A DNA stretch of 64,000 nucleotides from an uncultured Planctomycetota bacterium. Its GTDB lineage: Bacteria; Planctomycetota; Planctomycetia; Isosphaerales; Isosphaeraceae. Below are positions 30,678-39,324 of the stretch, in pieces. The notes beneath the pieces were generated by a model. That model ran no database searches and was not told the DNA's origin. It was given only the letters and a program-made list of their open reading frames with translations. The stretch covers positions 128,001-192,000 of the forward strand of contig CAWGMQ010000004.1 of NCBI GenBank assembly GCA_963823665.1, in the 5' to 3' direction. Position 1 is the first letter of the stretch; each line of letters begins with the position of its first letter. The translations under genes and the position numbers were made by a program.

Positions 30678-33445
30678 ATGGACCTGGGCCAACCCCCGCG
30701 CCGCAGTCGCTGCGCCCGCAGTATTCGCCGGCGCTTTACTTGCTTGCCGATGCGGTTGGAGGTGCTCGAGGAGCGGTCGCTCCTCTCGCTCTCCCTCATC
30801 AAGGACATCAACCCGGTGCCGCTTTTCCCGGCCCAGATCACGGGTGCGGGCGCGAATGTTTACTTTGTCACCCAGGCGGCCGATGGTGGGGCCGATCTGG
30901 ATGTGAAGACGGTGGCGGGCACGACGGTCCTCAAGGAGTTCTCCGGGTCGAGCAGCTCGATCTCCGACCTGACGCCCGATGGCTCGAAGCTCTTCTTCGA
31001 TGCCGACCTCAACAAGGGCGAGCAGCTTTGGGTGACCAACGGCACGCAGGCGGGGACCAAACTCGTCAAGAACGCGATCGGCAGCGGACAGTTCGGCAAC
31101 AAGGTCGTCGTTGGCAACGTGCTCTATTTCGCGTCCGAGGCGAGACAAGGTAATCGCGCGACGTACCAGCTCTTCAAGAGCAACGGCACGGCCGGCGGCA
31201 CCGTGGCGGTCGCATTGCCCGAGAGCGCTTCCAAATCGGGCCCCTTCTCCGGCGACCTGGCGGACTACGACGGCACGCTCTACTTCAGCGCGGGAGTCCG
31301 GTTGATGAAAACGAACGGGGTCGCGACCAAGGTCGTCGGCACGTTTGGGCCGCCGCACTACGAACCGATCGAGGACGGGGGCATCGACAATTTGACCGTC
31401 GCCGGTGGACTGCTCTACTTCACGTTCCCTGACGCGACTCAACAGGGCGAGTATCTCTACGCGACCAACGGCACCGCAGGCGGCACGACGCTGCTGCACG
31501 ACTTCGTCAATGCGAACCTGCCGTACAACCTGCTCTCGAACTTCACGGCGGTCGGGTCCAAGCTCTTTTTCGGCGCCGATGATGTCACTGACGGGCCGAG
31601 CCTCTGGGAGAGCGATGGCACGGCGGCGGGGACAACGCTCGTGAAGGCCTTTGGCGCAGCGCCCGCGGGGCCTGGCGGCCCCGCTTCAGTCGGCCCGCCG
31701 ATCCTGGCGGCGACGGCCGACGGAAACAGGCTCTTCTTTACGAACGATCCCTCGGGCCCCGGCACACCGGTCGAGCTCTGGGAGAGCGACGGCACGGCGG
31801 CCGGGACGACCGAGCTTACCGACATCAACCCGGGAAATGGCGGCACGTACGCTGATCCAAGTTTTTCAAGCGGCGGATTCGCGGTGCTCGGCGGCAAGCT
31901 GTTCTTCGCCAACGACGATCCAACCCACGGCGTCGAGCTGTGGCAGAGCGACGGCACTGCTGCCGGCACGGGGCTGTTTCTTGACCTCAATCCCGGGGCG
32001 GCCGGCTCGTTCCCCCAAGATCCCACCGTCGTTGCCAACACGCTCTATTTCTCGGCGACCACTTCCGCCGGCTCGAGCGAGCTCTGGTCGAGCGACGGCA
32101 CCGCGGCGGGCACGAACATGGTCGCCAGCTTCGATTCCCAGCCCACGGGCAGCGCGATCTTCGACAACATTCCAGATGCGTTCGCCGTGACGGGCAACAC
32201 CATGGTCTTCGCCGCCGACGACGGGACAAATGCAGCCGAGCTGTGGAAGACGGACGGCACCGCCGCGGGGACCACGATGATCAAGGTGCTTTCTCAAAGC
32301 TCGTTGTCGTATGACCCGAGCGAGTTCACGACGGTTGGTGGTAAGGTCTTCTTCGTCGTCACCAGAGGCGCGACGGACGAGCTCTGGGTGACCGACGCCA
32401 CGAGCACCGGCACGACCGAGATTGCAACCTTCGACGGCACGATCGCCGACGCGATGGAGTTCGATGGAAAGCTCGCGTTCATCGAGTCCACGCCCGACGG
32501 GACAGTCTCTTCGCTGTGGCTCTCCGATGGTACTGCGAGCGGAACGACGGAAGTGACGAGCTTCCCGAGCCAGAACAACTACTACGTGCAAACGCCCGCG
32601 ATGGCGGTCGCCGACGGAAAGCTCTTCATCACGGCCCCTCCGCTTCCGGGCGACTCCAGTGCTGGTTTTTCCGCGCTGTGGGTCAGCGACGGCACGGCAG
32701 CCGGGACGGCGCCGATTCCGACGGTGCCGGTGACCGCGACGAATGACGACCTGGTCGAGTTTCAAAACAAGCTTTACTTCTCGGTGAACACTGATGCGGG
32801 CACGCCGCGCGCGAGCTCTGGGTCACCGACGGCACGGTGGCGGGGACCAAGATGGTCGCGAAGCTGGGCGCGCCGAATGCGACGATTGATCAGTTCGTTG
32901 TCGCCGGAGCTAATCTTTACATATTTACCTCTCAGTCCGGCAACGCGCCTGAGATCCTGTACAGGTCGAACGGGACTGCCAAGGGCACTGTGGCGCTGCA
33001 CAGTTTCGCGAACAATGACGTGAATTCCGCGTTCGGACTGCCGAACGGGAATCTCGAATTCGACTTTAACGCGTTGCCTCTGCCACTTTGGGTGAGCAAC
33101 GGCACGGTTGCGGGAACAACGATGCTCCACAAGTTGAGCGGTGGATTCGGCTATCTGGGCGACGGCGATGGCGCGATCACGCCGATCAACGGTCTATTCT
33201 ACGTGCAGGGAACGGACAGCAAGGGCGACATCGGGCTCTGGCAGAGCGACGGCACGGTCGCGGGGACGACGCTGGTCCAGGACATCAACGGGGCCGATAG
33301 CGTTTATTACCCCATGGCCTTGACGGATCTCAACGGGAACCTGATCGTGGCGGTCAATCAAGACGCTTCAGGTCTTGAGCTATGGAGCGAGCCGATGCCG
33401 GCGGGGCCGCTTGCGGTGAAGGAGCAGTCGCGGAAGCAGGGATGA
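30678..33445 (+). CDS. ELWxxDGT-repeat exported protein with planctomycete LEPR-XLL-type signal; frameshift near 32810
   Basis: RRR...LEVLEERSLLS N-terminus; many ELW(E/Q/K/S)xDGTAAGT repeats continuing in ORF 32837..33445. Confidence 0.9.
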
Positions 33446-33484
33446 GTGCGAAGCATTCGTTTTGTGAGGGTCGCCGCCGGGATT

Positions 33485-33520
33485 CACCCCCTTGGCCCCG
33501 CCTTTTGCAAGGGGGGAAAT
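33485..33520. repeat. REP-like palindrome, imperfect intergenic copy (CCCCGCCTT-TTGC-AAGGGGGG)
   Basis: Similar to the copy at 39397-39432. Confidence 0.6.
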
Positions 33521-33669
33521 GTGTGCGGGGGGCTTCCGCTTGCGCGCGGCGTGTGCTAGCCTCGCGCGGAATTGCACCCCACCGCGCGCTGTCGCAGCGC
33601 GGACCGCGGGGAGGGAACGTATCGGGATCATGTGCAATTCTCCTTCAGCGAGAATCTAAAGGGATCTTC

Positions 33670-34752
33670 ATGGCTTTTCCGAGTGGTTACGTGCTCGCCG
33701 AGGCGCAGGAAGCGATGACCTTATCCACCGTCGCGTATCAGGGCGAGGGGGGGAGTTATAACGAAATTGAGGCCGCGATTCTTTCGGCGCTCGCCTCATC
33801 GACGGTGCTGGGCGGGCATCTCACGCTCGTCTGGATGGGGATCAGCGCGGATATGGGCGCCCTCATTTACGTGGCGCGGGACGATCGCGCGCCCTTCCGC
33901 TATGCGATCGTGAACCGGGGCACGGACTGGAACTTCCTGACTGACTGGGTGGACGATTTCGACGTGCTTGACACTCACGACTGGCCGACGGCGACCCCTC
34001 CCGACCCGTCGATCGTCGTCGCCCAGGGTTCATGGGATGGCCTCCAGGCGGTGTTGACGGCGCCCTCTCAGCCTGACGGGATGACGCTGCCCGGGCTGCT
34101 CGGGAAGATCAGCTCGGGCGCCACTGGGGCGCTGGATCTCTTCGTTACGGGGCATAGCCTGGGGGGCGCCCTGGCCACGATTCTGGGCTTATATCTGGCG
34201 GACACGGTGAGCAGTTGGAACGCCGGAACGGCGTCGGTGAGCATCAAGACTTATACTTTTGCATCGCCGACGACCGGCAATCAGCAGTACGTGAATTACT
34301 ATGACAGCCGCTCGGGGCTTACCAATCTTTCGTGGCAGGCCTTTCGAGTCTTCAACGAGCAGGATGTGGTGCCGCACGCGTATGCGGACATCGAAGGGAT
34401 CGCCGACTCGGGAATACCGCTGTCGCTCGTGCTCAAGCTGTCAGTCGGGGCGTCGGCTGCGCTCGTTCAGACAATCCTGAATGATAACCATGACAGTTAT
34501 GTCCAGGTGGGAAACGGCGAGGCCTTGAACAACAACCCACCGCAAGCGGGCCAGCCGACGTGTGCGAACCCCGCAGAAACTCTCGACGATTTCGTGTGCT
34601 GGGTTAGCTATGAGCATTCGTCGCTGACGTATCTGGGACTGTTGGGGGTGCCGACGGACGGCATGGCGGATCATTCGAGCAACCTGTCGTCGACCGCGTC
34701 GGCGAACCAGGGGACGCTGGAGGCGAGGGCGGCGGCGGTGCGGGCGAGTTAA
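33670..34752 (+). CDS. Class 3 lipase family (alpha/beta hydrolase)
   Basis: VNRGT, FVTGHSLGGALA nucleophile elbow, YTFASP, DVVP, distal YEHS. Confidence 0.9.
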   Translation: MAFPSGYVLAEAQEAMTLSTVAYQGEGGSYNEIEAAILSALASSTVLGGHLTLVWMGISADMGALIYVARDDRAPFRYAIVNRGTDWNFLTDWVDDFDVLDTHDWPTATPPDPSIVVAQGSWDGLQAVLTAPSQPDGMTLPGLLGKISSGATGALDLFVTGHSLGGALATILGLYLADTVSSWNAGTASVSIKTYTFASPTTGNQQYVNYYDSRSGLTNLSWQAFRVFNEQDVVPHAYADIEGIADSGIPLSLVLKLSVGASAALVQTILNDNHDSYVQVGNGEALNNNPPQAGQPTCANPAETLDDFVCWVSYEHSSLTYLGLLGVPTDGMADHSSNLSSTASANQGTLEARAAAVRAS

Positions 34753-34786
34753 TGCGTGTCCGCGCCGATCGAAGGCCCGCTCGGCG

Positions 34787-34808
34787 CCGTTCAAAGCGCT
34801 TTGAACGG
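34787..34808. terminator. Perfect 22-bp palindrome after the lipase stop (terminator or operator)
   Basis: CCGTTCAAAGC|GCTTTGAACGG; no U-tract follows. Confidence 0.4.
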
Positions 34809-35254
34809 GCTCATCGGTGCTGTAAATGTTCGACTCAAAACAGCGGTTAATTCCTTTTCTTGATTGAACTTGCGTTCCTCGGAGGATAATAACCCCGGCT
34901 GAAAGGGTGACCGATCCGGCAGAATCGGCGCATATTATAATAGGGGAGAAGTGTGTCGCAGCCGTACGGCCGGGCCCGGCGCCGTCGCGAATCGGCCCGT
35001 TGCCGGGACAACCATGCTGGTTGATCCGTGGCGAAGTCTCCACCTCTTCCCTACCCCATCCCACAGCGCGAACAGTCGCATTCCATTCTCAATCTTAGAC
35101 GATCGCATTTCGACCATTGATCGCCAGAACTCGATCACGTCATTTACCTGCCCTTCGAGGGATGCCGGCCAGCCTGGGCCCCAGGCTGAGAACCGTGAGC
35201 GGGGCGATAGGAAGATACCTGAGGATCTGTGATCAAAAGGTATCATTTTGCTCC

Positions 35255-35650
35255 ATGTCTGAAGAACCGGAAAGAGGGACGAAAGAGCAACTCGCCCTTG
35301 CAGTTGCGTGCGGCAAGTCAGTTCGTTCGTGGGCGCGGAGCGCCAACGTACCCGCCGTGACCGCACATCGGTGGTCACGGGATCCCGAAGTCCGAAAGAT
35401 GGCCGATGAACTTCGCCGCCGCGCGCTCGATCGAGCGGTCGGCCAGGTTGCCATGCGTTCGACCTGGCTGATGGGTCGGATGACCAAGATCGCGACGGAA
35501 GGAGACTCGGACACGGTGCGCCTGAAGGCGCTTCGCGGCCTTCTGGCGGACATGATCACCGTTTCCAAATACAGCGGGCTCGAAGCCCGCATGACCGAGC
35601 TCGAGGAGTCGCGTGATGCGCAGCTTGGACACGCGAATCGAACGGTATAA
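35255..35650 (+). CDS. HTH protein, putative terminase small subunit
   Basis: LALAVACGKSVRSWARSANVPAVTAHRWSRDPE HTH, helical middle, LEARMTELEE coiled coil; overlaps the start of the large terminase. Confidence 0.65.
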   Translation: MSEEPERGTKEQLALAVACGKSVRSWARSANVPAVTAHRWSRDPEVRKMADELRRRALDRAVGQVAMRSTWLMGRMTKIATEGDSDTVRLKALRGLLADMITVSKYSGLEARMTELEESRDAQLGHANRTV

Positions 35651-37031
35651 GGCCGAGTCGGCGGCGACGACTTGCGCGGATGTCGCCGACCGCTCGCCGT
35701 GGCACTGGTACGCACCAGACTGCCCGTGCGGGCTGCCACCCGGGGAATGCCGCGAGCATCCCCGGGCGCGCGAAACGCAGCGACCGCCGCCGGGCGACTG
35801 GCGGGTTTGGGGCTACGTGGCGGGGCGCGGGTCGGGCAAGACGCGTGCCGGGGCCGCGTGGATCCAGCAACGGGTCGAGGACGGCGTCATGAAGCTCGGC
35901 TGCCTGATTGCGCCGACTGCGAACGACATTCGCGACGTGTTGGTAGAGGGGCCATCCGGGCTGCTCGCCATTGCATCGCCGTGGATGCGGCCGAAATTTG
36001 AACCCTCGAAACGCCGCGTGAGCTGGCCGAATGGCGCATGGGCGATTTGCTTGAGCGGCGAAGAGCCCGAGCGCGCACGTGGCCTGAATGTGGACACGCT
36101 CTGGGCGGACGAGCTCGCCTGCTGGCAGCGAGCCGAACTCACGTGGAACCTGGTGATGCTGTCGCTACGGGCCGGGGAAAATCCTCAGGCCCTGATCACG
36201 ACGACACCGCGCCGCGTCGAGGTGCTCAAGCGCATCCTCGCCGAGGAAACGACGGTGCGGACCACCGATAGCACGTATGCGAACCAGGCGCATCTGTCGA
36301 AGGACTTTATCAGACAGATCGTCGGCATGTATGAGAACACGAGGCTGGGACGGCAGGAGATTCATGCCGAGTTCCTGGAGACGACTGAGGGCGTCTGGTT
36401 TTCCAACTTCGACCCGGCCAAGCACGTTACGGTGGACGCAGAGTACCATCCCGGGTTTGCCGTGCGGTGCGCGATTGACGCGGGCACCTCGCGGCACACC
36501 GCGGCCGTGTTCTTTCAGGTTCGCCCGAGTTTTACCAGTGACAGGCCGCGGGTCACTGTCTTCGGCGAGTATCATGCGTTCGACGTGTTCAGCCACAGGA
36601 ATGCCCTGGCGGTCAAAAACGTGGCGGATGGGCTGCCGTGCCAGGGCCGGATTGACTTCGTGCGCATTGACCCGGCGGCATCGGCGAAGTCGTCGCTGGG
36701 TCCGTTTGCGTACGGCGAGTACGAGCGGGTCTTCGGCTCGCGGATTCTGGCGCGGTGGCCGACGCACCTGGTGCTGGACGGGCTGGACACCATCGAGCTG
36801 CTCCTGGACACCGGCAACCTGACGATACATCCGCGGTGCGTGCGGCTCCGGGAGGCGTTCGGAAATTACTGCCGGAAGCGGCAGGGGGGCGAATGGCTCG
36901 ACGAACCGGCTGACGGACATCCGGAGGAAGACATGATGGATGCGCTCCGCGGCGGCATTCGCGACGCGCTGCCGGAAGGGGGCATCGTTACACCGGGTCT
37001 GCCGCGGGTGCATGCGTCGAGGGTTTTCTGA
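35613..37031 (+). CDS. Terminase large subunit-like protein (ATPase + RNase H-fold nuclease)
   Basis: Q-motif TQRPPPGDW, Walker A AGRGSGKT, Walker B LWADE, coupling motif ITTTP, LGRQEI; nuclease acidic motifs AIDAG, IDPA, EDMMDALR. Confidence 0.85.
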   Translation: MMRSLDTRIERYKAESAATTCADVADRSPWHWYAPDCPCGLPPGECREHPRARETQRPPPGDWRVWGYVAGRGSGKTRAGAAWIQQRVEDGVMKLGCLIAPTANDIRDVLVEGPSGLLAIASPWMRPKFEPSKRRVSWPNGAWAICLSGEEPERARGLNVDTLWADELACWQRAELTWNLVMLSLRAGENPQALITTTPRRVEVLKRILAEETTVRTTDSTYANQAHLSKDFIRQIVGMYENTRLGRQEIHAEFLETTEGVWFSNFDPAKHVTVDAEYHPGFAVRCAIDAGTSRHTAAVFFQVRPSFTSDRPRVTVFGEYHAFDVFSHRNALAVKNVADGLPCQGRIDFVRIDPAASAKSSLGPFAYGEYERVFGSRILARWPTHLVLDGLDTIELLLDTGNLTIHPRCVRLREAFGNYCRKRQGGEWLDEPADGHPEEDMMDALRGGIRDALPEGGIVTPGLPRVHASRVF

Positions 37032-37122
37032 TACGATCGAGTTTGTATGCCATGCACGCGCGGGCCGGACCGTGTCGTGACGCCGCAAGATGACTTGCGG
37101 CTGCGACGAGGAGAATGTGCGG

Positions 37123-38832
37123 ATGAGCGTAGTCGTCAAAGCGATGATCGTCACGGCACTTCTGCCGATAGGCTTGCTGATGCCAGCGTGCCGGGCTCAG
37201 GCTGCCGACACGATTTACACGGGCGGCGACATTGTCACGGTGAACGACCGGCAGCCTGCGGCCGAGGCGCTCGCGGTGAAGGACGGGAGGATTCTCGCGG
37301 TTGGTGCGCGCAACATGATCGAGCGTGACCACAAGGACGCATCAACGCGGGTGGTCGACCTGGAGGGAAGGACCTTGCTGCCCGGGTTCATCGACGCGCA
37401 CAGCCACTACTTCAGCTCGCTGACGGTCGCCAACCAGGTGAACGTGTACGCGCCTCCGGCCGGGCCGGGCAAGGATCCGGTCAGCATCGTGGCCGAGCTC
37501 GTGAAGTTCCGCGACAAGAACAAGATCCCGAAGGGTGAGGTGATTCAGGCTTACGGGTATGACGAGAATGTCATGCCGAACGGCGCCGGGCTGACGCGGG
37601 CTGATCTCGACGTTGAGTTTCCCGACAACCCGGTCCTGGTCGGGCACGTGTCGATGCACGGGGCGGTGCTGAACTCGGCCGCGATGAGGAAGTGGAACAT
37701 CACGGCCGAGACCAAGACGCCGCCCGGCGGCATCATAGTGCGAAAACCAGGATCGAACGAGCCGGCGGGCTTGCTGATGGAGACCGCGTATCTGCCGATC
37801 TTCGCGTCGCTGCCCAAGCCGACGCGCGAACAGGAGATTGATTGGTCTCGAGCGGGGCAGATGCTCTACGCCCGAGCGGGGATCACCACGGCCCACGAAG
37901 GGGCGACGCATGCTGACGACCTGGAGGTCATGAAGCGCGTCACGAGCGCCGGCGGCAACATTATCGACATCGTCGCGTACCCGTTTATCACCGATCTGGA
38001 CAAGGTGCTGGCAGCCAACCCGGTGACCGGCTGGGGCAAGTACGTGAATCGGCTGAAGATCGGCGGCGTGAAGATCACGATCGATGGGTCGCCCCAGGGC
38101 AAGACGGCTTTCTTCACGAAGCCGTATTTGAACGGCGGACCGGGCGGCGAGAAGAACTGGCGCGGCGAGCTAACGTTTCCGGAAGAGACCGTTCAGCATA
38201 TGGTCAAGCGTGTCTACGACGTGGGTGTGCCGCTGAATCTACACGCGAACGGAGACGCGGCGATTGACGTGTTTCTGCGGGCGCACGAGCTGGCGGCGGC
38301 CGGTAACTTGACCAGAGACCGGCGTGTCACGCTGATTCACGCGCAGTTTATTCGCAGTGATCAGATCGACAAGGTCGTCCGGTACAAGGTCACGCCGTCG
38401 TTCTACACGCTGCACACGTTTTATTTCGCGGAAGCGCACATCGCCAATCGCGGCAGAGAACAGGCGAGCTTCATGAGTCCGATGCGGGCGGCAATCGACA
38501 AGGCGCTGCGGCCGACCAACCATACGGATTTTGTCGTTGCGCCGCTCGACCAGATGTTCATGATGTGGTCGGCGGTGAACCGGGTTTCGCGTGGCGGGGA
38601 GGTGATCGGGGCGGACCAGAGAGTGGGGGCGCTCGAGGCGCTCAAGGCGATGACCATCAATGTTGCTTATCAGTATGGCGAAGAGGCGGTGAAGGGATCG
38701 CTGGAGGCGGGCAAAGTTGCTGATCTGGTGATTCTTGATCGGAACCCGCTTGAGGTCGATGCGATGAGGATCAAGGACATAAAGGTTCTGGAGACGATCA
38801 AGGAGGGGAAGAGGATTTACCGCGCGGACTGA
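37123..38832 (+). CDS. Exported amidohydrolase (Amidohydro_3/YtcJ-like)
   Basis: Signal peptide; PGFIDAHSH, KITIDGSPQG, HANGD, HTD, GSLEAGKVADLVILD. Confidence 0.9.
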   Translation: MSVVVKAMIVTALLPIGLLMPACRAQAADTIYTGGDIVTVNDRQPAAEALAVKDGRILAVGARNMIERDHKDASTRVVDLEGRTLLPGFIDAHSHYFSSLTVANQVNVYAPPAGPGKDPVSIVAELVKFRDKNKIPKGEVIQAYGYDENVMPNGAGLTRADLDVEFPDNPVLVGHVSMHGAVLNSAAMRKWNITAETKTPPGGIIVRKPGSNEPAGLLMETAYLPIFASLPKPTREQEIDWSRAGQMLYARAGITTAHEGATHADDLEVMKRVTSAGGNIIDIVAYPFITDLDKVLAANPVTGWGKYVNRLKIGGVKITIDGSPQGKTAFFTKPYLNGGPGGEKNWRGELTFPEETVQHMVKRVYDVGVPLNLHANGDAAIDVFLRAHELAAAGNLTRDRRVTLIHAQFIRSDQIDKVVRYKVTPSFYTLHTFYFAEAHIANRGREQASFMSPMRAAIDKALRPTNHTDFVVAPLDQMFMMWSAVNRVSRGGEVIGADQRVGALEALKAMTINVAYQYGEEAVKGSLEAGKVADLVILDRNPLEVDAMRIKDIKVLETIKEGKRIYRAD

Positions 38833-38833
38833 A

Positions 38834-38906
<73 letters not shown>

Positions 38907-39324
38907 GCGAATGATCAACCTCGATCCGATTGATCAACGAAGCGGCCACCTGGCAGCCGGCGTCACGATGTTTCCGATCATAGCGATGTGAGCCGGTCTT
39001 TTCAACCTTGGTCAACATCATGAAGCCGCGGAAGTTGCGGTGCGTTTTGAGATCTCGTGCTGCCCTCCGAGCCGAAAAAAGGTTGCGAGACTTCGTTTCA
39101 GGGAATATGTTTAGCAATTGTCGAATCACGTTTACGAGTGGTTTGGCGGGCGGCACACGGAGTGTGCCTGATACGAGTTGCCATGATCGAATCACACCCG
39201 CGGGTGGCCTTCCGCTCGCGTTCAATCCCGCCTGGATGAAAGTCATTAAATCCCACCGCGCGATCTGCACCGCCGTCACCGCACTCGCCTGCGAAGAGTC
39301 TGGTCCCACCGAGAGGAGAGAATC

